From Escherichia coli (GTDB lineage: Bacteria > Pseudomonadota > Gammaproteobacteria > Enterobacterales > Enterobacteriaceae): a DNA stretch of 64,000 bases. The stretch lies in assembly GCF_013315695.1 (NCBI RefSeq), contig NZ_CP054353.1. The stretch is one strand, 5' to 3'. Position 1 is the first letter of the stretch. Each line of letters starts with the position of its first letter. The position numbers and the translations under genes are program-made. The notes below the pieces were generated by a model. It did no database searches and was not told where the DNA came from. It saw nothing but the letters and a program-made list of their open reading frames with translations. This document shows positions 1 to 15,131 of this stretch, piece after piece.

Positions 1-899
<899 letters not shown>

Positions 900-967
900 C
901 CTTAAAGAAGCGTACTTTGAAGTGCTCACACAGATTGTCTGATGAAAATGAGCAGTAAAACCTCTAC

Positions 968-1044
<77 letters not shown>

Positions 1045-1086
1045 AATTTGCACCGCAAATTTGAAGAGGTTTTAACTACATGTTAT

Positions 1087-1162
1087 GGGGCTATAGCTCA
1101 GCTGGGAGAGCGCCTGCTTTGCACGCAGGAGGTCTGCGGTTCGATCCCGCATAGCTCCACCA
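1087..1162 (+). tRNA. alaV: tRNA-Ala (anticodon TGC), 16S-23S spacer
   Basis: GGGGCTATAGCTCAGCTGGGAGAGCGCCTGCTTTGCACGCAGGAGGTCTGCGGTTCGATCCCGCATAGCTCCACCA, 76 nt. Confidence 0.96.
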
Positions 1163-1345
1163 TCTCTGTAGTGATTAAATAAAAAATACTTCAGAGTGTA
1201 CCTGCAAAGGTTCACTGCGAAGTTTTGCTCTTTAAAAATCTGGATCAAGCTGAAAATTGAAACACTGAACAACGAAAGTTGTTCGTGAGTCTCTCAAATT
1301 TTCGCAACACGATGATGAGTCGAAAGAAACATCTTCGGGTTGTGA

Positions 1346-4249
<2,904 letters not shown>

Positions 4250-4343
4250 ACAACGCCGAAGATGTTTTGGCGGAAGAGACATCGATAAGTAAGCTTGATA
4301 ACAGATTAAATCAGAACGCAGAAGTGGTCTGATAAACAGAATT

Positions 4344-4463
4344 TGCCTGGCGGCCTTAGCGCGGTGGTCCCACCTGACCCCATGCCGAACTCAGAAGTGA
4401 AACGCCGTAGCGCCGATGGTAGTGTGGGGTCTCCCCATGCGAGAGTAGGGAACTGCCAGGCAT
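4344..4463 (+). rRNA. rrfH: 5S ribosomal RNA
   Basis: TGCCTGGCGGCC...GGGAACTGCCAGGCAT, 120 nt. Confidence 0.96.
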
Positions 4464-4515
4464 CAAATTAAGCAGTAAGCCGGTCATAAAACCGGTGGTT
4501 GTAAAAGAATTCGGT

Positions 4516-4592
4516 GGAGCGGTAGTTCAGTCGGTTAGAATACCTGCCTGTCACGCAGGGGGGCGCGGGTTCGAGTCCCGTCCGTTCCGCCA
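4516..4592 (+). tRNA. aspU: tRNA-Asp (anticodon GTC), distal tRNA of the rRNA operon
   Basis: GGAGCGGTAGTTCAGTCGGTTAGAATACCTGCCTGTCACGCAGGGGGGCGCGGGTTCGAGTCCCGTCCGTTCCGCCA; differs by one base (G at 4562) from the second tRNA-Asp copy at 13517..13593. Confidence 0.93.
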
Positions 4593-4602
4593 CTTATTAA
4601 GA

Positions 4603-4632
4603 AGCCTCGAGTTAACGCTCGAGGTTTTTTTT
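4603..4632 (+). terminator. Rho-independent terminator of the rRNA operon
   Basis: Hairpin CCTCGAG-ttaacg-CTCGAGG followed by T8. Confidence 0.75.
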
Positions 4633-5272
4633 CGTCTATATTTCTATTATTGCTTAAATCGCAAAAATCCTCTGCGTTTTACGCCCTTTTTCCGCAACAT
4701 TCTAAAGCCCATAATCACTTCAGTTAACGAAAATAGCATTAAAAGAGGCATATTATGGCTATCCCTGCATTTGGTTTAGGTACTTTCCGTCTGAAAGACG
4801 ACGTTGTTATTTCATCTGTGAAAACGGCGCTAGAACTTGGTTATCGCGCAATTGATACCGCACAAATCTATGATAACGAAGCCGCAGTAGGTCAGGCGAT
4901 TGCAGAAAGTGGCGTGCCGCGTCATGAACTCTACATCACCACTAAAATCTGGATTGAAAATCTCAACAAAGCTAAATTGATCCCGAGTCTGAAAGAGAGC
5001 CTGCAAAAATTGCGTACCGATTATGTTGATCTGACGCTAATCCACTGGCCGTCACCAAACGATGAAGTCTCTGTTGAAGAGTTTATGCAGGCGCTGCTGG
5101 AAGCCAAAAAACATGGGCTGACGCGTGAGATCGGTATTTCCAACTTCACGATCCCATTGATGGAAAAAGCGATTGCTGCTGTTGGCGCTGAAAACATCGC
5201 TACTAACCAGATTGAACTCTCTCCTTATCTGCAAAACCGTAAAGTGGTCGCTTGGGCTAAACAGCACGGCAT

Positions 5273-5281
5273 CCATATTAC
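5273..5281. repeat. IS1 target-site duplication, left copy (CCATATTAC)
   Basis: Identical 9-mer at 6050..6058 directly flanking the other IS1 end. Confidence 0.9.
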
Positions 5282-5336
5282 GGTGATGCTGCCAACTTAC
5301 TGATTTAGTGTATGATGGTGTTTTTGAGGTGCTCCA

Positions 5337-5612
5337 GTGGCTTCTGTTTCTATCAGCTGTCCCTCCTGTTCAGCTACTGACGGGGTGGTGCGTAACGGCA
5401 AAAGCACCGCCGGACATCAGCGCTATCTCTGCTCTCACTGCCGTAAAACATGGCAACTGCAGTTCACTTACACCGCTTCTCAACCCGGTACGCACCAGAA
5501 AATCATTGATATGGCCATGAATGGCGTTGGATGCCGGGCAACAGCCCGCATTATGGGCGTTGGCCTCAACACGATTTTACGTCACTTAAAAAACTCAGGC
5601 CGCAGTCGGTAA
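5337..5612 (+). CDS. insA: IS1 InsA (transposition inhibitor / DNA-binding protein)
   Basis: 91 aa [37 protein letters not shown]... zinc-finger-like N-terminus. Confidence 0.9.
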
Positions 5613-6034
5613 CCTCGCGCATACAGCCGGGCAGTGACGTCATCGTCTGCGCGGAAATGGACGAACAGTGGGGCTATGTCGGGGCTAAATCGCGCCAGCG
5701 CTGGCTGTTTTACGCGTATGACAGGCTCCGGAAGACGGTTGTTGCGCACGTATTCGGTGAACGCACTATGGCGACGCTGGGGCGTCTTATGAGCCTGCTG
5801 TCACCCTTTGACGTGGTGATATGGATGACGGATGGCTGGCCGCTGTATGAATCCCGCCTGAAGGGAAAGCTGCACGTAATCAGCAAGCGATATACGCAGC
5901 GAATTGAGCGGCATAACCTGAATCTGAGGCAGCACCTGGCACGGCTGGGACGGAAGTCGCTGTCGTTCTCAAAATCGGTGGAGCTGCATGACAAAGTCAT
6001 CGGGCATTATCTGAACATAAAACACTATCAATAA
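5531..6034 (+). CDS. insB: IS1 InsB frame (transposase made as InsAB' fusion by -1 frameshift)
   Basis: ORF in -1 frame relative to insA; slippery AAAAAAC at 5589..5595 in the insA/insB overlap. Confidence 0.85.
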
Positions 6035-6049
6035 GTTGGAGTCATTACC

Positions 6050-6058
6050 CCATATTAC
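6050..6058. repeat. IS1 target-site duplication, right copy (CCATATTAC)
   Basis: Identical to 5273..5281. Confidence 0.9.
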
Positions 6059-6331
6059 TTCCTATATGACGCTGGCGTATGGTAAGGCCCTGAAAGATGA
6101 GGTTATTGCTCGTATCGCAGCTAAACACAATGCGACTCCGGCACAAGTGATTCTGGCGTGGGCTATGGGGGAAGGTTACTCAGTAATTCCTTCTTCTACT
6201 AAACGTAAAAACCTGGAAAGTAATCTTAAGGCACAAAATTTACAGCTTGATGCCGAAGATAAAAAAGCGATCGCCGCACTGGATTGCAACGACCGCCTGG
6301 TTAGCCCGGAAGGTCTGGCTCCTGAATGGGA

Positions 6332-7246
6332 TTAAGCCTCTCTGACAGCTCCTCCGGGAGCTGTTTTTACATGCTCGCTAAGGAAATCGATAAAAGCCCG
6401 GATGCGTGTACTTACCGCACGGTCGCTGTAATATACGGCACTGAATGGCATTTCCACTGGCAATACTTTATCTGCCATTAACTCCACCAATTCTCCGCGA
6501 GCGATTTCTCTGTCGATCATGTAGTCGGACAAACACGCAATCCCGTTGCCACTCAGGCAAAGCTGTTTCAGTGTTTCCCCACTATTGGATGACAAACCGT
6601 ACTTCACCTCATGTAATTGTCCATCGCTACAGGCTATCGGCCAGGTATTGAGGGAAGCGGGTTCAGTGAATCCCAGGCAAACATGTTGCTTTAAATCGTC
6701 GATCGTTTCTGGCTTCCCGTAGCGGGAAATATAATCGGGGGAGGCGATAATTTTTCGATAACTGTTAAATAACGGCCTGGCACGTAAGCTGGAATCCGTT
6801 AACGTACCGGCGCGTATCGCGACATCCACTTTTCTTTCGATCAAATTAATAATTGTTTCGGAGGAGACTAGTGATAAAGTGACTTCCGGATAGCGTTCAC
6901 GGAAAGGCTTAATCAACGGCATCAGAAAGTGCAGCACCACTGGAGTTGCGGCATCGATGCGCAACAGTCCACGCGGTGTATTACGCGTCTCCATAATTTC
7001 TGATTCTGCCGCTGCCATCTCCTGCAAAATTGACTGTACGCGACGAAAATAACGCTCGCCTTCTTCCGTCAGGCTAAGTTGCCGCGTGGTCCGATTAAGC
7101 AGGCTAACGCCAAGTTTCATCTCCAGCTTTTTCACCGCCCGGCTTACCGCTGAGTTTGCTTGCCCTAATTGTTCCGCTGCCCGGCTAAAGCTGCCGCTTT
7201 CGACGACCGAAACAAAAATGGCGAGTTCTTCCGACGTGGCTTTCAT
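6332..7246 (-). CDS. yafC: LysR-family transcriptional regulator
   Basis: 304 aa; N-terminal HTH ([23 protein letters not shown]) and LysR substrate-binding domain. Confidence 0.9.
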
Positions 7247-7435
7247 TTTTGCTCCTGTTGCAAAATAGATGAGATATTTTGAATTTATTTGTCATTAAAC
7301 CATCAGGATGCGTGATATGTCATCCGATTTAATGTTCTCAATAATGAGCAAATTTCTGACCGGTGTAAGCACTTGCTTACATGACAATATACAATTGCTC
7401 GTTGAAAGAGTGAGCTAAAATCCCTATAACAGTAG

Positions 7436-8287
<852 letters not shown>

Positions 8288-8363
8288 GGTATGTCAGGTC
8301 TGCCACAGGGCAGACCAACGTTTGGCGCTGCCCTTTTTAATCAAACAATAAAAGGACAGCGCA

Positions 8364-9134
8364 ATGACAACACAATCCCACCATGACCACGTAGAAAAGC
8401 AGTTTAGCTCGCAGGCCAGTGAGTATTTAACCAGTACCGTACATGCATCCGGGCGAGATTTACAGCGCCTGGCGGTGCGTCTGGCTGATTATCCTGATGC
8501 AAGTGTACTTGATATGGGCTGCGGAGCAGGGCATGCCAGCTTTGTCGCTGCGCAGAACGTGAGCGCGGTGGTGGCGTATGACTTATCTGCCCAAATGCTG
8601 GATGTCGTGGCACAAGCTGCCGAAGCCCGGCAACTGAAAAATATCACCACCCGCCAGGGTTATGCCGAAAGTCTGCCATTTGCCGATAACGCATTTGATA
8701 TTGTTATCAGCCGTTATTCTGCCCATCACTGGCATGATGTTGGTGCAGCACTGCGTGAAGTGAATCGGGTATTGGAACCCGGCGGTAGGCTGATTGTGAT
8801 GGACGTAATGTCTCCGGGTCATCCAGTGCGCGACATCTGGTTACAGACGGTAGAAGCATTACGCGATACCTCTCACGTACGAAACTACGCCAGCGGTGAG
8901 TGGTTGAAGTTAATCAATGAAGCCAATCTGATAGTTGATAATTTAATTACAGATAAGTTACCGCTGGAATTTTCTTCATGGGTAGCGAGAATGCGTACGC
9001 CAGAAGCGTTAGTAGACGCTATTCGCATTTACCAACAGAGCGCATCGACAGAGGTGAAAACGTATTTTGCCTTGCAGAATGATGGCTCTTTCACCAGTGA
9101 TATCATCATGCTAGAAGCACATAAAGCGGCATAA
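8364..9134 (+). CDS. yafE: SAM-dependent methyltransferase (UbiE/COQ5-like)
   Basis: 256 aa; SAM-binding motif LDMGCGAGH; SD AAAGGA upstream of ATG 8364. Confidence 0.85.
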   Translation: MTTQSHHDHVEKQFSSQASEYLTSTVHASGRDLQRLAVRLADYPDASVLDMGCGAGHASFVAAQNVSAVVAYDLSAQMLDVVAQAAEARQLKNITTRQGYAESLPFADNAFDIVISRYSAHHWHDVGAALREVNRVLEPGGRLIVMDVMSPGHPVRDIWLQTVEALRDTSHVRNYASGEWLKLINEANLIVDNLITDKLPLEFSSWVARMRTPEALVDAIRIYQQSASTEVKTYFALQNDGSFTSDIIMLEAHKAA

Positions 9135-9136
9135 AT

Positions 9137-9170
9137 AAAAAAGGCACCGGGGGAATCGGTGCCTTTTTTA
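9137..9170. terminator. Bidirectional rho-independent terminator between yafE and mltD
   Basis: AAAAAAGGCACCG-ggggaat-CGGTGCCTTTTTT, A-tract/T-tract flanked hairpin. Confidence 0.65.
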
Positions 9171-9182
9171 TTATCTGGTTTG

Positions 9183-10541
9183 TCAGGAGTCTGGCATGCT
9201 GTTGTTTTTCACAAACAACGTCAGCTTATCGCCTGGTTGCAGATTCGCAGTATCGCTGTTCCAGCGCATTACATCTTTGATGTTCACGCCGTGGCGTTTA
9301 GCAATGCTTGAAAGCGAATCGCCTTTGCGCACACGATACGTAATGCTATCGCTGTTGTTTGCCAGTCGCTGTGCGCTACTGCCTGCACCAATCGTCAAAC
9401 TTTGGCCTGGCTTCAGCTTAGATCCGCGCAGTTTGTTCCACTGCTGCAAATCTTTGGTGCTTACGCCGAGACGTGAAGCGATACTTGAAAGCGTGTCGCC
9501 AGAGCGTACGGTGTAAACACGGCTGTTAAGCGGCGTATTGTCAGCAACCAGCGTCGACTGTACAGCAGCAATTTCGCCTGAAGCCAGAGATTCACGCAGT
9601 TGATCTGCATGCTTCTTTGGCACCATCACGTACTGCGGACCACTCGCGCCCAGCGTGGAGCCTTTTACGCCTGCGTTGAATGTCTTCAGCTTGCTGACGG
9701 AAATCCCCGCCATATCTGCAACCTTTGCCATTTCAACCGGGCTGCTCAGGTGCACACGCGCCAGAGCACGGCTTTCATCGGTCGTTGGCAGACGTACGCC
9801 ATAACGCTTGCTGTTTTTGAGAATATCACTCAATGCCAGCATCTTAGGCACGTACTGCTTCGTTTCCTGCGGCAACGGTAACGACCAGAAGTCCGTGGAT
9901 TTCCCTCGCGCTTTGTTCGTTTTAATTGCCTTCATGACTCGACCTTCGCCGCTGTTATAAGCAGCTACGGTCAGAAGCCAGTCGCCGTCAAACATCTTGT
10001 TCAGACGCTGCATCATGTTCAGCGCGGCAGTTGTTGAAGCAACAACATCGCGACGCGCGTCATAATTGCGGGTCTGTTTCAAACCATAATTGCGCCCCGT
10101 GCTCGGAATGATCTGCCAGATGCCCGCGGCATTGGCGCCAGACGTTGCGTGAGGATCAAAAGCGCTCTCCACTATGGGTAGTAGTACCAGTTCCATAGGC
10201 ATGTTACGTTTTTTAACTTGCCCGGCTATCCAGTACATATACGGCTCTGCCCGTAAAGTTACATCGTGGAGATAGCTCTTATTGCGTAAATATTTCTGTT
10301 TCTGTTCGCGAATCCGGTCGTTTTCCGGAATTCCCATCTTTAGCTCGTCGCCAATGAAAGCCCACAAGTCACCATCTGGCGCGATAGACGTCCCATCGTC
10401 CATCCATCGAGCCTGACTTGTAAACTTTGCTGCTTCCCCTTGACCAGCTGCAGAAAGGCTCTGTGCGTGCTGTTGAACGTTGCCGGTGCTCTGGCAACCC
10501 ACGAGCAGGACAGAGGCGAGTAATATCGCTTTTGCCTTCAT
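9183..10541 (-). CDS. mltD: Membrane-bound lytic murein transglycosylase D (lipoprotein with LysM repeats)
   Basis: 452 aa; lipoprotein signal LLVGCQS; SLT domain; C-terminal repeated LysM motifs (YTVRSGDTLSSIASRLGV / YRVRKGDSLSSIAKRHGV). Confidence 0.92.
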   Translation of the reverse strand: MKAKAILLASVLLVGCQSTGNVQQHAQSLSAAGQGEAAKFTSQARWMDDGTSIAPDGDLWAFIGDELKMGIPENDRIREQKQKYLRNKSYLHDVTLRAEPYMYWIAGQVKKRNMPMELVLLPIVESAFDPHATSGANAAGIWQIIPSTGRNYGLKQTRNYDARRDVVASTTAALNMMQRLNKMFDGDWLLTVAAYNSGEGRVMKAIKTNKARGKSTDFWSLPLPQETKQYVPKMLALSDILKNSKRYGVRLPTTDESRALARVHLSSPVEMAKVADMAGISVSKLKTFNAGVKGSTLGASGPQYVMVPKKHADQLRESLASGEIAAVQSTLVADNTPLNSRVYTVRSGDTLSSIASRLGVSTKDLQQWNKLRGSKLKPGQSLTIGAGSSAQRLANNSDSITYRVRKGDSLSSIAKRHGVNIKDVMRWNSDTANLQPGDKLTLFVKNNSMPDS

Positions 10542-10612
10542 GTGTGTGTCAATAGTTGCTTAAAAGACGACCGATCATAACGGCGAACGGAGCCGATGAC
10601 AAGAAAGTTTTA

Positions 10613-11371
<759 letters not shown>

Positions 11372-11401
11372 TTACCTCTCAGTGTGAAACGGAAGGTTGT
11401 G

Positions 11402-12124
11402 ATGAAACCGGCAAGAGTCCCTCAAACTGTCGTGGCTCCTGATCGCTGGGGCGATTTGCCCTGGGGAGAGCTTTATCGCAAGGCGCTGGAGCGCCAGCTC
11501 AACCCGTGGTTCACTAAAATGTATGGTTTTCATCTGCTTAAGATTGGCAATTTAAGCGCAGAAATCAATTGCGAAGCGAGCGCGGTTTCTCATCAAGTGA
11601 ATGTTTCTGCGCAAGGACTGCCCGTCCAGGTGCAGGCGGACCCACTTCATCTTCCTTTTGCCGATAAATCCGTTGATGTTTGTCTACTGGCACATACATT
11701 GCCGTGGTGCACCGATCCGCATCGTTTATTGCGTGAAGCCGATCGGGTATTGATTGATGATGGCTGGCTGGTGATTAGTGGCTTCAATCCCATCAGTTTA
11801 ATGGGATTACGCAAACTTGTGCCGGTATTGCGCAAAACCTCGCCCTATAACAGCCGGATGTTTACTCTGATGCGGCAGCTGGACTGGCTCTCTTTGTTGA
11901 ATTTTGAAGTGCTACACGCCAGCCGTTTCCACGTTCTCCCGTGGAACAAACACGGTGGAAAACTATTGAATGCGCATATTCCTGCGCTTGGTTGCTTACA
12001 ACTTATTGTCGCCCGGAAACGGACTATTCCTTTAACGCTAAATCCGATGAAACAGAGTAAAAACAAGCCACGAATTCGCCAGGCGGTTGGAGCCACCCGG
12101 CAATGTCGTAAACCACAGGCTTAA
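11402..12124 (+). CDS. yafS: SAM-dependent methyltransferase
   Basis: ORF track start 11384 is GTG; ATG at 11402 preceded by SD GGAAGG gives the 240 aa form MKPARVPQ... Confidence 0.83.
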
Positions 12125-12588
12125 ACTTCGACTTGATAGCCCGTATCTTCCAGTGTGGGATTCATCGCTGCGGCACGAGCCAGTTCATCGCAACGTTCGT
12201 TTTCTGGATGACCGGCATGGCCTTTAACCCATTCCCATTTGATTTGATGCTGCCCCAGCGCAGCATCAAGACGTTGCCAGAGATCGACATTTTTTACTGG
12301 TTTTTTGTCTGCTGTTTTCCAGCCACGTTTTTTCCAGTTATGGATCCACTGGGTGATACCCTGGCGGACATACTGGCTGTCGGTACTCAAAATGACTTCG
12401 CAATGTTCTTTTAACGCCTCCAGCGCGACAATAGCGGCCATCAACTCCATACGGTTGTTGGTGGTGCGGGTGTAGCCTGCGCTAAAGGTTTTCTCGCGTC
12501 CGCGATAGCGTAAAATAGCGCCGTAACCCCCAGGTCCAGGATTACCCAGACACGAACCATCGGTGAAAATTTCTACCTGTTTAAGCAT
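12121..12588 (-). CDS. rnhA: Ribonuclease HI
   Basis: 155 aa [26 protein letters not shown]...; track ORF extends upstream from an alternative start, ATG at 12588 chosen. Confidence 0.93.
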
Positions 12589-12652
12589 CTCTGGTAGACT
12601 TCCTGTAATTGAATCGAACTGTAAAACGACAAGTCTGACATAAATGACCGCT

Positions 12653-13384
12653 ATGAGCACTGCAATTACACGCCAGATCGTTCTCGATACCGAAACTACC
12701 GGTATGAACCAGATTGGTGCGCACTATGAAGGCCACAAGATCATTGAGATTGGTGCCGTTGAAGTGGTGAACCGTCGCCTGACGGGCAATAACTTCCATG
12801 TTTATCTCAAACCCGATCGGCTGGTGGATCCGGAAGCCTTTGGCGTACATGGTATTGCCGATGAATTTTTGCTCGATAAGCCCACGTTTGCAGAGGTAGC
12901 CGATGAGTTCATGGACTATATCCGCGGCGCGGAGCTGGTGATCCATAACGCAGCGTTCGATATCGGCTTTATGGACTACGAGTTTTCGTTGCTTAAGCGC
13001 GATATTCCGAAGACCAATACCTTCTGTAAGGTCACCGATAGCCTTGCGGTGGCGAGGAAAATGTTTCCCGGTAAGCGCAACAGCCTCGATGCGTTATGTG
13101 CCCGCTACGAAATAGATAACAGTAAACGAACGTTGCACGGGGCATTACTCGATGCCCAGATCCTTGCGGAAGTTTATCTGGCGATGACTGGTGGTCAAAC
13201 GTCGATGGCTTTTGCGATGGAAGGAGAGACACAACAGCAACAAGGTGAAACAACAATTCAGCGCATTGTGCGTCAGGCAAGTAAGTTACGCGTTGTTTTT
13301 GCGACAGATGAAGAGCTTGCGGCACATGAAGCCCGTCTCGATCTGGTGCAGAAGAAAGGCGGAAGCTGCCTCTGGCGGGCATAA
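12653..13384 (+). CDS. dnaQ: DNA polymerase III epsilon subunit (3'-5' proofreading exonuclease)
   Basis: 243 aa [19 protein letters not shown]...; divergent from rnhA. Confidence 0.93.
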
Positions 13385-13516
13385 ATACCTGTAAAAGGCG
13401 CTAAAAATAGCGACTTGGGCGATTTTTGCAGCAAACGATTCAAAAGATGAGAAAAACCGTTGACGAAGGGTGAGGCAATCCGTAATATTCGCCTCGTTCC
13501 CAACGGAACACAACGC

Positions 13517-13593
13517 GGAGCGGTAGTTCAGTCGGTTAGAATACCTGCCTGTCACGCAGGGGGTCGCGGGTTCGAGTCCCGTCCGTTCCGCCA
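13517..13593 (+). tRNA. aspV: tRNA-Asp (anticodon GTC)
   Basis: GGAGCGGTAGTTCAGTCGGTTAGAATACCTGCCTGTCACGCAGGGGGTCGCGGGTTCGAGTCCCGTCCGTTCCGCCA. Confidence 0.96.
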
Positions 13594-13602
13594 ATATTCA
13601 GA

Positions 13603-13640
13603 AAGCCCGAATCATTACTGATTCGGGCTTTCGTCGTTTA
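13603..13640 (+). terminator. Rho-independent terminator after aspV
   Basis: AAGCCCGAATC-attactg-ATTCGGGCTT followed by TCGTCGTTT. Confidence 0.65.
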
Positions 13641-13691
13641 AGTTCCAGAGAAAAATAGCCACGAAACTTATCTCGTAGCCATATTCACCCT

Positions 13692-14462
13692 CTAACGAAA
13701 TGTGAATTCATCCGCATCCCGCCATGCCGGAAACTTTTCTCTATACTCCCGCAACGCCACCATCGACAGCTCCGCATCAATGCGCGTTGCCTGATGCGCG
13801 TCGGCAGTAGCGATAATCTCGCCCTGTGGATTAATCACCCTGCTGTCACCACGATAATGGCAGCCGTTGCCATCGCTGCCGACGCGATTGCATCCCGCCA
13901 CATACGCCTGATTCTCAATCGCGCGGGCTGTCAGCAATGCCTGCCAGTGCAGAGAGCGCGGAGCAGGCCAGTTGGCGACGTACAGGGCGAGGTCATAATC
14001 GTTGAGATTGCGCGACCACACCGGAAAACGTAAGTCGTAGCACACCAGCGGCAAAATACGCCAGCCGCGCCATTCCACAATTACTCGCGCATTGCCCGCT
14101 TTATAATGCAGATGCTCATCTGCCATTCGGAACAGATGACGCTTATCATAAAAATGTACCGTGCCGCCCGGCTCAACCAGCAAAAAGCGGTTAACCGAAC
14201 CAGACTCCGTTTGTAATGCAACACTGCCTGCAATCAGCGCATTGCACCGCTGCGCTTTGGCTGTCATCCAGTTCACTACGTCATTTTGTGCTAGCGACGA
14301 AGCTGCCGCTTCCATGGCAAAGCCGCTGGTAAACATCTCCGGCAGAACGATCACATCGCGCCCGGTAATACCTTCCAGTTGACGATCAAAATGGCGCAGG
14401 TTGGCAGGGCCATCCATCCACACCAGTGGTTGCTGCAAAAGCGTAATCTTCAAACCAGGCAC
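13692..14462 (-). CDS. yafV: Carbon-nitrogen hydrolase family protein (omega-amidase-like)
   Basis: Nitrilase-superfamily ORF; GTG at 14462 preceded by SD AAGGAG preferred over track TTG start at 14471. Confidence 0.85.
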   Translation of the reverse strand: MPGLKITLLQQPLVWMDGPANLRHFDRQLEGITGRDVIVLPEMFTSGFAMEAAASSLAQNDVVNWMTAKAQRCNALIAGSVALQTESGSVNRFLLVEPGGTVHFYDKRHLFRMADEHLHYKAGNARVIVEWRGWRILPLVCYDLRFPVWSRNLNDYDLALYVANWPAPRSLHWQALLTARAIENQAYVAGCNRVGSDGNGCHYRGDSRVINPQGEIIATADAHQATRIDAELSMVALREYREKFPAWRDADEFTFR

Positions 14463-14615
14463 GGTGTACAACTCCTTTATGCGAAGGGTTTTATAACTCT
14501 AACACCTTATCAGGCAGTTGCCTTAGCGCAGAATAAATTGATAACAAATGCTGATATTGGAAATATCTGATTTGCAAATTATCGTGTTATCGCCAGGCTT
14601 TAGGAGGTTAATAAC

Positions 14616-15089
14616 ATGGGCAGGATAAGCTCGGGAGGAATGATGTTTAAGGCAATAACGACAGTCGCCGCTCTGGTCATCGCCACCAGTGCAATGGCGC
14701 AGGATGATTTAACCATTAGCAGCCTGGCAAAGGGCGAAACCACCAAAGCTGCATTTAATCAGATGGTACAAGGGCATAAGCTGCCAGCCTGGGTGATGAA
14801 AGGCGGTACTTATACCCCCGCACAAACCGTGACATTGGGAGATGAGACGTATCAGGTGATGAGCGCGTGCAAACCGCATGACTGTGGCTCGCAACGTATC
14901 GCTGTGATGTGGTCCGAGAAATCTAATCAGATGACGGGGCTGTTCTCGACCATTGATGAGAAAACGTCGCAAGAGAAACTCACCTGGCTGAATGTGAACG
15001 ATGCGCTTTCGATTGATGGTAAAACGGTGCTGTTCGCGGCGTTGACCGGCAGCCTGGAAAACCATCCGGATGGCTTTAATTTTAAATAA
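14616..15089 (+). CDS. ivy: Inhibitor of vertebrate lysozyme (periplasmic)
   Basis: 157 aa; signal peptide; conserved CKPHDCG loop motif. Confidence 0.9.
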   Translation: MGRISSGGMMFKAITTVAALVIATSAMAQDDLTISSLAKGETTKAAFNQMVQGHKLPAWVMKGGTYTPAQTVTLGDETYQVMSACKPHDCGSQRIAVMWSEKSNQMTGLFSTIDEKTSQEKLTWLNVNDALSIDGKTVLFAALTGSLENHPDGFNFK

Positions 15090-15102
15090 TTAGCCGATAA
15101 AG

Positions 15103-15125
15103 AAACGGAGCCTTTCGGCTCCGTT
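15103..15125. terminator. Bidirectional terminator between convergent ivy and fadE
   Basis: AACGGAGCC-tttc-GGCTCCGTT perfect hairpin. Confidence 0.65.
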
Positions 15126-15131
15126 ATTCAA

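Larger units (their letters stand above)
5282..6049 (+). mobile_element. IS1 insertion sequence (768 bp)
   Basis: Terminal inverted repeats GGTGATGCTGCCAACTTACTGAT / ATCAATAAGTTGGAGTCATTACC; insA and insB reading frames; A6C slippery motif; 9-bp direct repeats of target. Confidence 0.95.
4755..6335 (+). pseudogene. dkgB: dkgB (2,5-diketo-D-gluconate reductase B, aldo-keto reductase) split by an IS1 insertion
   Basis: N-terminal ORF 4755..5303 ([13 protein letters not shown]...QHGIHIT) runs into the IS1 left end and stops; C-terminal remainder [11 protein letters not shown]...APEWD resumes right after IS1 (ORF 6036..6335); reading frame is contiguous if IS1 plus one TSD copy is removed. Confidence 0.85.

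Noticed and set aside
4495-4779. 94-aa ORF overlapping tRNA-Asp and the rRNA terminator
   Set aside because: Spans a tRNA gene and terminator hairpin; not coding
5308-5520. 70-aa ORF in an alternative frame inside IS1
   Set aside because: Overlaps insA in a different frame; not a known IS1 product
8295-8320. Hairpin GGTCTGCCACAGGGCAGACC after yafD as a terminator
   Set aside because: Good stem but no following T-tract; left unannotated
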